A stretch of 63,477 nucleotides of DNA, counting the filler, from Bigelowiella natans CCMP2755 (lineage: Eukaryota > Protista > Cercozoa): assembly GCA_000320545.1 (NCBI GenBank). It is 6 parts of 6 records of this genome, joined end to end, with 100 filler letters (N's around TTAATTAATTAA, not from the genome) between each part and the next. Parts side by side here need not be neighbours in the genome. Positions count along the whole stretch, not along the records: positions 1 to 25,943 come from ADNK01002122.1; 5 more parts are not named here. One strand, given 5' to 3'. The translations under genes and the position numbers were made by a program. This document shows, piece after piece, positions 1 to 13,502 of the stretch. Numbering within the stretch: position 1 is the stretch's first letter; each line of letters starts with the position of its first letter. The notes under the pieces were generated by a model. The model saw nothing but the letters and a program-made list of their open reading frames with translations, did not search any database and had not been told where the DNA came from.

Positions 1-19
1 CGATGGAGGCGACGACGAC

Positions 20-51
<32 letters not shown>

Positions 52-194
52 TGATGATGATGATGATGATGACGACAATGACGATGATGATTATAGCTAT
101 TAATCTGAGACCAACGCATGTATTTTCCTTCTCTCATCCCCCTCACCCCCCCTTCCCCCATGCGCTGCTACAATGATATCGTCGCATGACATAG

Positions 195-1623
195 CCGTTG
201 GGGGTGACTGCTGGAATCGGTGCATGGAATTATCCTCTGCAAGGTGTGCGTTGTTGGATGATGACGATGATGATGGTGATGACGACGACGACGACGATGG
301 CGGTGACGATAATGATGACGAGTATCGATCATAATTGCGCACAGTTTGGAGACAAGCGGGGCGAGGGCTCGTCTTCGCTCGCAGCAGTCTCGTCGCCCTT
401 GACGCTATCGTTGCATATTTAACGCACAGCTCTGCATATATGCGTGTGTGTGTGTGTGTTTGTGTGTGTGTAAAGTTGTTTGATCTCCCCTGTTAGGTTG
501 CGTGTGGAAGGCAGCTCCAGCTCTAGCGATGGGGTATCTAGCTGTAGTCGCATGTACCATAAAAATTAATAGTCTTCCCCCCTTCCCAGCTCCTGCTCAT
601 CACTTATCATCGTTGCTCTAGAAATGGAATGGTTTTCAAGCCCAGCGAAGAGACCCCCCTCACCAAAACCCCCTCCCCTCCCCTCCCCTCCCAAAAAAAA
701 GAAGAAAATCATCCAATTATTCAGTATTTGACGGTCGTTCAGCAGCAATATTTAACGCCGCTCTGACCTCAGGTGTGCTCGAATGGTACGCGCGTGTTTG
801 TCCACAAGAAAATGAAGGAGGTTGGCCAACACGTACACACCAATAATATACACAAGGCACGAAGGGTTTTAATGGGTAGATGTAGAGAGCGCAGCAATGA
901 AGGGTTGGTTTGTCATTGCTGTGGACTCTTTTGAGGGTTTCTTCTTCTTCCTCCTCCTTCTCCTCTTCTTCTCTTTCTTCTTCTTCTTCTTCTCTTTCTT
1001 CTTCTTCTGCTTCTTCTTCTTCTTCTCCCGTCGTATCTTTTTGTCATCCCTACTGATGCTCACTCGCTTAGCAATTCCTCGAGAGCCTATTGGCGCGGAC
1101 AAGCTTGCTGCGAATAGGTCGGTGACACAACGCGGAGAGATCGATATCCCAACGAAATTCCTTGAGGGATTCCCTCATTTATGCCCTGAGTGTGATACTG
1201 CTGTTCCAGAAGCTATTTGTCCTCTCTTATCTTCCTCCTCTTTCAATTCTCACCATCACCACCATCACCATCACCATTATCATCATCATCCTGTCCCCCT
1301 CCTGTATTTTCGTTCTTTCTTCTTTGTTCTTCTTTCTTCTTCTTCTTTCTATTTTTGTTCTCTCCTACTTGCTTGGTCTCTATTTATCGTTGCAGGCGAT
1401 CCCCTGGACATGGAAACGCACATAGGCCCTCTTGTTAGCGCAGCGCATCGAGACAAGGTAGTTAGCAGCAGCAGCAGCAGCAGTAGAAGAAGAAAAGGCA
1501 GTACCACGTATTTCCCCCTCACCAATAGAAGTATTGCTTCATATCGTACTGCTACTACTACTACTTGTAGTATTTGTAAATAAAACCCTCTTTCTTGAAT
1601 GGCACAGAGCAGAAAGTAGCGAC

Positions 1624-1662
<39 letters not shown>

Positions 1663-2188
1663 TTGCATGGACGTCAAAGGTCACTGGTTTCGTGGAGCGC
1701 GCCGCCAGCGACGGGTAGTAGCCAGCAGCACGTAGCACCGAGCCGAGAGGAATAGCAGTAGTATAGATGCTGGCAAGATCGCTCGAATGACGCGTTGAGA
1801 ATGCGAAGATGAGAATTATACGGATGAAACCAAAATAACGGCCAAAAAAAAGCCCGCAGAGATTCCCAACGGCGAGCAGTGATGATACCCATCTTGGAAG
1901 CATATCGTCCTCATTGTGCCTCGTTTCTCACCCCTCATCCTCTCCCCTCCATCACTATTACTGCTACAACTGCTACTGCTGCTGCTACTACTACTATCTA
2001 TCTTTCTACATGATGCCATGCCTCTGGCTAATGCATCGTCTTGCTAGGGCGGAGGTCGTTTCGTGCGATAATCATGCGGAATACTTGCGGGGAATTAAGT
2101 CTTCGGAGAGCAAGGGTGGTGACGTCACAGCGTATGCACATAGGATTGTTTCCCCGCACAACATCTCTTCTGTTCACTCGCATTCAGT

Positions 2189-2221
<33 letters not shown>

Positions 2222-2523
2222 GTCACAACTTCCTCTCTCATTCTTACGTGCCCGCGCGGTGCTATAGCCAACCGCTCGCAGTGATAGGCGCATTAGTGGC
2301 AGCATAGTTCGTCATCGAGAATGATTCGCCGGTGATTGTTCTCCTTTGTTTTTCTCTTCCGCCTCCCCCGTGCTGCCACTACCACTTGGCTATTTGCTGA
2401 TGTGCTAGGTCATTTAGCCGGTGGGTTCTTCGTCAGCCCGACGATCATCACCGGGTAGAGCAGGAGCACATCATACCACGAAAGATGATGGCAATTAACA
2501 TCTAGACATGTTGTTCATACGCG

Positions 2524-2566
<43 letters not shown>

Positions 2567-2575
2567 TATATATAT

Positions 2576-2623
<48 letters not shown>

Positions 2624-2632
2624 GAGATATAG

Positions 2633-2674
<42 letters not shown>

Positions 2675-2742
2675 CGCGCTAGTGAAGAGAGCGGCAAAGA
2701 AGAGTCGATTTTCGTCGTTCTAAGCGAAAGAGGCAATTTTAT

Positions 2743-2787
<45 letters not shown>

Positions 2788-2953
2788 TCTCTGCCACCAT
2801 CCCCAACCCTCCTCCTCCTCCTCCTCACTGCGCTCTTATGCAACAAGACGGGCACATCGAGCTTCAGCGGCTCTAGACGCGGGGACAGTGTGGGTGAATA
2901 ACTACAACCTTACCCCTGTGGAGGTAGCATAAAATATACACACACACACACAG

Positions 2954-2995
<42 letters not shown>

Positions 2996-3476
2996 TAGCA
3001 TGCTGTTGGTGTTGCTCTGCCACTCTACCACTGACCCTTTCCGCAGCTCTCACCGCACGCATTCCTCCTCCTCCTCCTCCTCATCATCATCATAACCATC
3101 ATTACCAACACCGCATATCGAAGGATCCTCATTTGCGGCGATTATGAGGAGGGGGGGAGGGGCGAGAGACCGTCTATAGCAATAAATAGATTTGTGGTAA
3201 AACGCAGGTGCCCTGGGGAGGATTCAAGGCCTCTGGAATCGGCTTTGAGAATGGACCTGAGGCCATGGTTCTTACCTGTAGATGCTTTGTTACGCACTCA
3301 CGCATGCACACATGCATATGCGCGTCTCCGCACGGCGTGTTGCGTGACATCGGTGAGATCAACCTAAGAGTGTGGAACTACTATGCTTTGCCTTCATTCC
3401 TATCTCACAGATGCAGTGGACACGCCCGAAAACGGTCTACATCGAGATGGGTGACGTTGATTCGCCTTACAACTAG
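195..3476 (+). CDS. ALDH9: Aldehyde dehydrogenase, ALDH9/betaine-aldehyde dehydrogenase (BetB)-like; multi-exon, 5'-partial, with internal exons missing from the assembly
   Basis: GT-AG exons read: 195-243 PLGVTAGIGAWNYPLQ; 497-532 GCVWKAAPALAMG; ~622-665 NGMVFKPSEETPLT; 773-820 VCSNGTRVFVHKKMKE (catalytic Cys); ~1073-1118 QFLESLLARTSLLRI; ~1396-1457 GDPLDMETHIGPLVSAAHRDK; 2409-2454 GHLAGGFFVSPTIITG; 2848-2923 RAHRASAALDAGTVWVNNYNLTPVE; ~3208-3261 VPWGGFKASGIGFENGPEAM; 3411-3476 MQWTRPKTVYIEMGDVDSPYN*. The GIGAWNYP motif and the EMGDV C-terminus are typical of ALDH9/BetB. Confidence 0.93.
2520..2679. repeat. Compound microsatellite (GC)n(AC)n(TA)n...(GT)n(GC)n forming an imperfect inverted repeat
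   Basis: Read directly; the AC and GT arms are reverse complements and the GC and TA blocks are self-complementary. Confidence 0.9.
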
Positions 3477-4289
3477 GCCTGGAATGATGCATATCTGCTC
3501 AATCGTCGTATCCGTCCATTACACTCGATTTAACTGTAAGGGACTACGCGTTTCCCGGCAAACCGCACGTACAGCGTGCTTATTCACTGTTCACTTGCTC
3601 TGCTCTGCTATTGGCCTTGCGTATATGATGATAAGAGGATCGCTGCAATAAGGCCGACGACTGCATGAGCTGCTGACTCTCTGCTAGCTGCTGCCCTTCT
3701 AGCCTTGAGGTAGTTGTTCTTGGCTATCTAGCTAGCTGTGCGTTATCATGGCTGCTGCATGTACTTTTATTTTTAGACGCCTATAGATGCGCTGAATTCT
3801 TGCTTTGTATAAGTAGTACAAATACAAGAGCAAGCACTAATAAGAAGCCGCTATCTAGCTATATATATAAGTGTACGTGCGCGTGCTGTGATTGAGCTAC
3901 ATAGTGGGTCGACAAGAGATTATATGTGACGTTGCAATTCGATGTTATACGTTTTGCGGCGGGTGCGCGAGATAATACGACCTAGATGATCTGGAATTCG
4001 TGCACTTCATTGCGATGTGCAATTTAGATGCACCGCATAGCAGATCATGTATAATCCTAGACACGCGTATGCACTCCCGCCAATAGTTGTGCGCCAGCAC
4101 GCGCTATGTGGAGGCTATCGCGTGAGATAAGACAAATGCGCGACGGGTGCATAGTATGCAGCACGTAATAACGATACAAACACTATATTAACGATGGCAC
4201 ACAGCAGTGCGAGCTACATATAATAATACAAATGGCGTGATGCTCTATGTCGATTGTTCTCTGTCTCTCTATAGTGATGCGTCTTGTAT

Positions 4290-4767
4290 CTAGTCGCCAG
4301 GCTTATCATTCTCTGCTGTGACGTCAATGCCGAAGCGAAGCAAAACGCGCTCGGGGCATGCTACCATCCCTTCACCTTCCCAGCCAGCAAGCCCCCCTCC
4401 CCCTTCAAACCCTGACGGCACTATGGCATCCAATTCCTGCCCTGCGATCTGACGAACAAGGGCAGACGAATTGTCAATTTCCTCACATCACCTCTTAACT
4501 ACTATCAGCTAGGTCTCTGAAAATCGTCGGCGGTGAGATTTTCATACACGTCAATCCCGCACCGTACCTTCCGCGTCCACTGACCGGTTTGGCCTTCGTT
4601 CGAGGGCCAGCCTCCTGCGCACGGCAATGCAAGCACCACACATATGTATATTATATATTCTTTGTAGTGAAACAAATGCCAGCAGTAAAAAAGGGAGAAA
4701 AGCAGCGCGATGAATCGTGTTGGATTAGCTTCGTTATTACGCCGTTCAGAAGCCTCTCTGCACCCTG

Positions 4768-4800
<33 letters not shown>

Positions 4801-6258
4801 CACAGATTGTTGTCAGCAACACACGCACGTTATTTTATGTACAAGGATAAGGACGAGGAGGAGACAACGGAGATGTGGTGTGTGGTTTGGTGGGGGAGGG
4901 GAATGAGGTGATCCACGGCTTTGATGACGACAATCATCATCACCACCACCATCATCATCATCTCATCCATTGAAACGACGACGACAAAAGCCTGGGAAAA
5001 TCATGCTACCTTCAGCATGTCCTCGGTGCGTCTATCGCTGATAACAGCAGAGAGCGGCATTGAAGACGACGATGCAGATGACGCGTTGTGGTGCCGTGGC
5101 ATGATCGTACTGCGGGTTGATACGACGCTGCCTCGGCGGGTTCGGCTTCTGCTGCGAGTGCCTGATTTCGGTCGGGCTCTTTCCACCTTCGCTCTCATCT
5201 GAGGGGGGGGGGGGGCACGATGTGCATTGCGATGTGTCATCGTTATCTCATGTGTTTCATATATTGGGCGGATGGAAAGCATTCTTCTTACTATCATCCG
5301 ATAAGTACTATTCTCTCGAGGGCATTCGTTACATTTAATCATCACCATCATCATCATCATCATAATCATCATAATACCGCATTTGTGGCGAGGGATGTTA
5401 CTTGCTTCTTCTTCTTCCTCTTTTTCCTCTTCTTGGCGCCGTCCGCAGCGGTTTTCTTCTACATGAAATTGCGTATATGTATAATGTGTGTATATGTGCG
5501 TTTTGTGTCGAGTGTGCCCCCCCCCCCCCCCCCCACCACTTTTGTACGGATGCTTTGCCGCGACCCACTTACTTGTGGGATAGGGCATTGGTTGATAGGG
5601 ATCGGGCGCCGACTATTTCGGCCCTGCGATACCGTCATTAAGCGCGTCTGCCGTCTGGAGAGGAGAAGGGGGGGGGGAATTCATAGTGGCAGCAGTTTGG
5701 TTGATGGACATTATTATCTCGTGTTTGCTATACACACACACACACACACACACAGGTACTTACCCTTACGATATACATCATGCAAGTGCGTGTGTGCGCG
5801 CGAGCATTTTTGTGGAAAGGGAGAGATTTTGACATGTCCCATCATCATCATCACCAATATCATCATCATCATCATCATCACTATCATTCTATCCGCACCA
5901 TGCTCGAGGTTCCCCGCATGCCCCCCTCTTCCTCCTTCAAATCGGAAGATACTGTCAAAGCGGTTGCTCGGGCGCCATCGTCCCTCTCGCCCCTCCCCCC
6001 CTCATCTGCCGCCTTCATCGTTATCGCTGCAGGGCGCTTTGCCTCCGCCGGCGCCGGGGTCAAAGCAGCCTTAAGCTGCTTCTTGTACGGGGTTATCTCC
6101 GGTTCCATCCTCCCGGATTTCGAGGCCACAAATTGGCCGATACGCATGCATGCCTGGAGAGCAAGAAGGAAAGAGGGGTTACGGGGGGGGGGGGGGAAGG
6201 GAGAGCGGGACTCGCCATATTCGTTCGATTACGGTTGCTAGGACGTGATGTGGCATGG

Positions 6259-6292
<34 letters not shown>

Positions 6293-6554
6293 AACTCATA
6301 CCTTCTCATTGAGTCGGAGGTTAAGTTTCAGGTTTATGGGGCGATTGCTGACTGCTGCTGCGGCTGTTGCGTGATGAAGCCACGACACCGAGGACGAGGA
6401 GGACGAGGAGGAGGGCTGCTGCTTCTTTGACTTGCTCGCATCGATCATGTCCTTCGGAGCACAACGCAGAGGAGGAGGAGGAGGAGGAGGAGGAGAGATT
6501 GAAAAATTGCGATGAAGAAAGACGATGACGGGTGAATGTAGCGAGGAGGAGAAG

Positions 6555-6603
<49 letters not shown>

Positions 6604-6740
6604 TATCCGTCCATGATTCTTTGGCAGTAGTGATGTAAACCGTGCGTGTGTGCGTGCGTGCGTGCCCTTAGGACTGTGCAACAATACCCTCCGACTTAAT
6701 GCCTCCAATGCCGCGTTCTTTGCAGCGAGATCTGAGAACA

Positions 6741-6775
<35 letters not shown>

Positions 6776-6921
6776 CGATGATGATGATAATGATAGCTAG
6801 ATAGGAAGACTAGGAAATAATCAACGTGCTGCGAAGAAATTCCCAGGTTAAGAAGAGGAGCAGGGGGAGGCCTGCGGCTATTATTCTATTCTGCTAACAA
6901 AGCACAAAAATGTTTCGTCGG

Positions 6922-6968
<47 letters not shown>

Positions 6969-8233
6969 CTTACTACCAATAGCCCGCATGAGGACTTGAT
7001 GCGGTATCTTGGTATCATTATCACTGACAACCATCCCGAAATCCTGCGCCTTCAGCTTCTGCTCTTGTTTCCCTCCCCCTCCTCCTGCTGCTGCTGCTGA
7101 TGCTGGTGGTGGTGATGATGCTGCTGCTGGTGGTACTTGGCGAAGCCCCTCCCCTTCCTCTTTCGCTCGTTCTCCAAGATCGGCTACAGCCTGATCTTTC
7201 TCGATGTATATGAGGGACTTCTCGCCCTTCTGCTGCTGGTGCAATCTCTGCTCGTCCTCCACCTCCTCCTCCTCCTTCTTCTTCTTCTTCTTCGCCTCGG
7301 TTTCGATGTTGCTCAGCTTGATTGGCCTCTCCATTGCATTGGGGTCATCCATGCCGTTCTTTTGCGCTCGAGCTGTATCTGCTGTCTTCTCATCTCCCCC
7401 TTGCTTCCCTTCTGGTCTCTGCGCGTGTTGTAGCTGCACCCCTCCTCCTCCTCCTCCTTTTGCCCCCGCCTCTCTCAGACCTTTGCCGTCCTTGTCGTAT
7501 CCCCGCCGCAGCCTTTCCAGCGTTTTCTGGATGTGCTCTTTGAATTCTTGCAGGATCTTCGTCGCCGGCATGGGTGACGAGGACGAGGATGGTGACGGCA
7601 ATGGTAATGATAATGATGATGATGATGATGATCCCAACGGCGGCGATGAAGATGATGCCAAGGGCAAAGTCGCAGCCCCATCACCCGGCGACGCATTCGT
7701 CTTCATGGACTTCGTGCTCGTGAGGCCACCCCCCCCCCTCTTCTCGTCCCCCGTTTGCTGTCGCTGCCTAGAGGAGAACGTCTCCTGGGTGGGAGGGTAG
7801 ATAGCCGTGACCGGTGGTGCACTTGCTTCCCCCCCCCCGTCTCTGCCTGCTGCCGGCGCCGCTACAGCTGCTACAGAGGGCGAAGTCGATATTGTTTGCG
7901 TTTCTGTCTGTCGAGGGCTAGTGGGGAACTGGAGCGGCTCAAGCACCTTTACCTGAAGAGGATGCTGATGCTGCGGATGAACAACCTGTACACGAGTGAT
8001 ATCCGTTAAGTTTTTGCGATCGTTGCCGGCTTGGTCTCTATTCTCAGGAGTAGCAGCAGCAGTAGCAATAGCAGTAGCAGCAGCAGCAGCGGAAGAGGAG
8101 CCTCCGCCACCACTCAGGGAGCGAAGACGGCGGCACTCACTGCGCTGCTGCTCCAGCTCGTTTTGAAGCCGCAGCATCTCGCCCACCTGCGAAGAAGAAG
8201 AAGAAGATATAAAATTATTACCACGCATGCACG

Positions 8234-8269
<36 letters not shown>

Positions 8270-8272
8270 ATA

Positions 8273-8311
<39 letters not shown>

Positions 8312-8618
8312 ATATCGTAAGATTGTTCGTTTGGGATTCCAGCTGCTGCTGCTGCTGCTGCGGCTTTTTCTACGCTACATGCAGCTACCCACCAGCTGCT
8401 GGCTCATGGGCGATGCGATCATCGACGAAGCTTGCTGCTGCTGCTGCTGCTGCCTCGCCTCCTCGGTGGCATGGATCCTGGCCTCTAAACCCACGATCTT
8501 GAGCCGCTGCTCCCGCACTTCGTATTCCAGCCGCCGCTTCTCGCTCTCCAGCTCTACGTTCTTTGCCAGCACGGCCTCGGCCTCCTCCTTGGCCTGCGAA
8601 GGCGGTTGATATGGCGAG

Positions 8619-8650
<32 letters not shown>

Positions 8651-9137
8651 CGGATGATGATTTTAAGGGATAGTGAGAAGGAGAAGAAAAAGAAAAAGAA
8701 GGAGAAGGAGATGATAAAAAAAAACGAGATTAGAGAAAGCTGTCAGGCGAAGGACTTCATTGGGACGGCAACGATGTGCACCGCTAATGTTGTTTCTCCC
8801 CCCCCCCCCCCCCCCCCCCCCACTCTTTTTAAAAATATTCGGGGGGGGGGTTTTTCCACACCTGTCGGGCGCCGAGCTCTGCCTGGGATACTTGCTGGAA
8901 CCTGCGACGGTTGGCGAAGATGAAGATAAAGACGAATATGAAGAAGACGAAGAAGAGGAAAATGAAGGGAATCATATGATGCTGTAACACGTTGCAATCC
9001 TTCGTCCGAAAAGAATCGTCGTGGTCGTATCCGACGATCTGCTACGCTACGCTGCGCATTGCATTTGTACTTTCGCTCCGTCTCAGTTGTCTTGCTGCAG
9101 CGCACCATTTTCCCTTCGTGCACACCCACACACACAC

Positions 9138-9168
<31 letters not shown>

Positions 9169-9247
9169 TACAGGAGCACATACACACACGCCATCACACG
9201 AAGAAAGACGCAGACAACGCACCCGCCCCCGTCCCCCCCCACACGCC

Positions 9248-9289
<42 letters not shown>

Positions 9290-9301
9290 CATGTGCACAC
9301 G

Positions 9302-9344
<43 letters not shown>

Positions 9345-9739
9345 TCAGTTCATTCACACAGATTCTGAGCTTCCTCCCGACCCACCCTTGTAAGTTAAAC
9401 ATACAAGAACACAGAGAGGCTTCTGTGTGTTGCCGCTGATGAGGAAAAACCAGGAAACGTGCAAGAGAGAACGAAAACTAGGAATAAATGATGTCCAAAC
9501 GACCTGGATTTGTGCGAATTTGCTCTCAAATCCTGAAAGCGCCGAGGCTCTACGCGCAGCGATGGTACGCGACTCAGCCAATTGGCGCTCCATGTCCTTC
9601 AACTAATGGCAGCAATCCCCCCCCCCCCCCCCCAAACACACACACACACGCGGGCAACACTCATTACAACCTTTGCACGCAAAGTCTCCACGTTATTGAA
9701 AAACGATATGCTATTCTCGTTCGCTGCGCAGATTTTTTG

Positions 9740-9779
<40 letters not shown>

Positions 9780-11012
9780 GGCAACTAATCTCCCCATCGC
9801 TGCAATGATATTCTCTCAAACAGAACCCGTTGCCTGAGAGCGTGCACGGCGAGTTCATTCGCAAGCTTCTCCGATTTATCATCCCCACCCTTCTTGCTGC
9901 TGCTCTTCTCCCCTAGCGTCATCTTCCAGTTTTTCTCTTCAGCATCGTCGTCCAGGTCAATGCCAAGACTCATGGAGTGATAATCACCCTCCCCTCCTTT
10001 GCGAAATGAGTAAGATGGGGACATTGACGCTCCTCCCTCCTCCGGAAGACGCTGAGAAGTTCCTAGTATTTCACCGGTGGTGGAGGCGCCATTGTTTCCG
10101 TAAGCAGACTCCAAACTGGCGAGAGCTCGGGTAGATTGCCTAACAACCCCCCCCCCTTCCTGTGCTACATTGCCTTCGTCGTTGTGTACTTCCCCCCCCT
10201 CCTCCTCCTCTCCTATTCTCTTGAACTTGCTCTGCAGGGAAGCGTACTTCTCAGTCAACGCCTATAGATAGGAGGGGATCGGGGGGAGGGGGGGGGAGGG
10301 ATTTCGTCGTTACAACGCGTTGTAGCATAGCTGCCGCAGTAATAATACGTACTTGATTCTGCTGTCTGACATCATGAAGGCGCGATTTGTAGCTTTGCGC
10401 CTGATGCTTCACTTGTGATACTTGCTGGAAGGTTTCCTGCAGCTTCTTCCTCCCCACTGCGCGCTCCTAAGATTATATCGCGCACGCACGAAGTTGTGAC
10501 ATCACGCGCGGCGCCAGAAGTTCCAGCATGTAGTGTATCATCTGAGAACTAAGGACCTGTTTTAATAGTTTGGCGGCCCTCTCGAGCTCCTTCTCCATCC
10601 CTACCTCGTTCCACGCGTTGTCCTTGGTGTTGCCATCGTCCTCCCGCGTAGCGTTTTGGCGGGAGGAGAAGTAATTTTCATTTTCCTTCCCCACTCCCCC
10701 ATCGATGCCCGTGATATTGCCTGTAGTAGACTGCAGCATCTTGCCGTCGTCGTTCTTTTCAGGAACCGAGCCGGCTTTTGGGGGAGTGAGGACGTTTTCC
10801 GCAAGTGTTCGAATTCGCGATGTAATGCTCTCCCCTCCCTCCTTTCCCCCCTTTCTTCCCACAGTGTGTGAGGGGAAACTAAGCTTGAGCCTGGGCCGTC
10901 TGTTCGGTATCTTGACGCTCTTCAGTGGTTTTATTGTCGTGCCCGGTGTTGGGGGGAAATACGTGCCAGGCGTTCTTAGCCGCAACAAATGCTCAATCTA
11001 GAGCGAACAAGG

Positions 11013-11052
<40 letters not shown>

Positions 11053-11542
11053 TAACATATTATAATTTGTGCGCGCGTATGCGTGCTTGTATTCATTCTG
11101 CATACATTTTCGAGGATCAGCAAGAAGCAGCCGTACAATATGCGTACGTAACCTGTTGAGTCCCCACGGAGGAAACACTGGGTAGAGTCTTAGCACTAAC
11201 ACCAGAGGCGAAACTTGCCATGTCACCCATGCCCTCATCGTTACTATTATTTAGGATCGAGTGCGAAAACCGCTTTATGTGGCGAGAGTTTCCTTCCTCA
11301 AACGATGTTCCGAGGTCGAATTGGACGACAGTCCTGCATTTTACATACGTAGAATGAATCATAATTCCCTTTTTTTCGTTTACCCTCACATCTCCCCCCC
11401 CCCCCCCCCCCCTTTTTGTTTTCTCACTCTCCTCGTTGCCCCTCATCTTCCTTTGTCTGAAAGGAAAAATTAACACACACGCGCCCTTCCCACATGGAGG
11501 AGAGGAGTGTTTATGCGTGTTAATGTCGAGACACTCTTCGTA

Positions 11543-11595
<53 letters not shown>

Positions 11596-12330
11596 GTCTG
11601 TCTGTCTCTGTGTGTGTGTGTGTGTGTGTGTGGGTTCATGTCCAGACACTTTCTGGTAGATGTTTTATCTAATATAGGTAATGTTATGAGCGACCCATCG
11701 GTGGCATTCTTGGTAATGGATTTAGATATCGCATCCATTAGCTCCTGTGATCGCCCCCCTCGTGTCGCTGGGGTTGAGATTGTGTGCTTCTCATCATTTC
11801 CAACGCTTGCCATTGGAACTTTTATGGTTGGCCCTCTGTCCTCGTCTAATTCGGAGTGCACGTGTGCAGATGTAAAACAACAAACCATTCGTCTCGCATT
11901 GCATGAAAGTCCAGAGAATCGTGGGGGTTTATGAGATGACGAAGAGTGTATAACGAGTTCGAGTATGTTTTGGTTTAAATCGAGTGAGACGTCTGAAATT
12001 GTAAAAAAAAAAAAACCTACGGATCTATCCGCCCCCCCCTTACCTGGACGAAGAAGACTCAACCGTTTTTGCCGCGCTTCTGTTCCGATTTCCAGGAGTT
12101 GCAAATCTGGGATCCCAAGTCATCAGGAACTTTCGGAACAAAATGCAGGGGATTTTAAACCAAATTTAGCTGTTCGGAACGCGAGTATCTTCCGCAGCTA
12201 TGAAATGGAGGAGAATAAGAAGAGTCAGAATTAGGCTCTCATTCCGACAGAAATTTTGACAGATATTGTTGTCGTAGGATATAAATCCTTCTTCTCCATC
12301 GACGTTTGCCAAAAAGCATGGCCTTTTTTT
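4290..12330 (-). CDS. Large multi-exon low-complexity/coiled-coil protein of unknown function; ends approximate
   Basis: A chain of same-strand open exons with heptad-like segments: 10473-10988; 10251-10457 KKLQETFQQVSQVKHQAQSYKSRLHDVRQQNQ; 9785-10258; 9354-9602 KDMERQLAESR; 8375-8572 LAKNVELESEKRRLEYEVREQRLKIVGLEAR; 6966-8228 EMLRLQNELEQQRSECRRL; ~6660-6741; and ~5000-5200. The last open exon ends ...AENDKPGD* at 4290. It could be more than one gene. Confidence 0.55.
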
Positions 12331-12530
12331 AATTCAGCGGTATTAGCCCGACGACAAGGAAAAGCACATGTCGCAGTACGCTCGTACGCAAAATTAAAAT
12401 ACACGAGCTCTGAAACTAACGGAAGCACGAACCCCGTCTCCTCCTGTGCCCACCCTTGCAGCTTGGTGTTCAATAAACACTACCAGGCTCTCGGCTAGGG
12501 GTGGGACGAAAAGCAAGAAGCGGGGGGGGA

Positions 12531-13463
12531 ATGATAATGCTGACCATGGAAGACTTCAATGTAATGGTTGTACTCTTGCTCTTACTGGCACCTTGTATTG
12601 CAATCGATGGGAGTTGTGAAGGTGACATGGGGTCTTGCTCTTCGAGCGGAGGGTATGAGGACAGTCAAAAAGGAGGGAAAGAGCAGATTGAAGAGGCAAA
12701 ACGGAGAATAATGACAGCTGCTGAATCAATGCTCTTTGAGCACGGTACGATGTTCGCTAATGTAAGGGAGGGACGCGTAGCCTAACTTTTACATTTGTGT
12801 ACCATGGAAATGTCAGAGACATTCGTGAAAGCAATAAGAATATTAGAGCCTGCGTGCTCGGGACAAACTATGAAGTTGTGTGAACCGTCAACGCGGTTTT
12901 GGCTCAGTGTAGCGTACGAGTCCGTTGGAAATATGGTAATGTCTTGTAGACCACAACAAAGCACGTTGTTCTTGTATTGCCGAGATTTTAACGCTTTCGC
13001 TTCTTCCATCCTCGGCTACAATTTTTTCTTATGACTCGTTCTTTCGTTGCGACCCTTTTCGTCGTCGTCGTCGTCGTCGCTATTTCAGGAGGAAGCCGAT
13101 CAACTTCGAGCAGAAATTGTCCTGGATCTTCACCATCGGATGGCGGCAGATGCTGAACCGCAAGGAGAGGAAGAATATTATCAAGCGATAGGCGTTCTGC
13201 ATGAACTCTGCCCTCACGTTGCGTCTCATCCGTCCCATCTCGATAACATGAAGGTGGTGGCCCGTCTGCCGCTGCATCGCGCTCAGAACACCCATTAGTT
13301 TGGGGTTGTTTCACATGTTTTCCTTCGGGGAGAAAAGGAGATGTTTTGCTTGATGTACCTGCGACACAGCAATGGAGTTGAGACGATCGTCACTGCTTGC
13401 CCTTTGCATGCTTCTCTCCATTGCCTTAGCACCCTGCGAAGAGATAAGTGGGAAAACGATGTA

Positions 13464-13502
<39 letters not shown>

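Noticed and set aside
11950-12400. Possible PH-like domain at the start of the coiled-coil gene
   Set aside because: Exon phases are unresolved and the similarity is too weak to support by eye.
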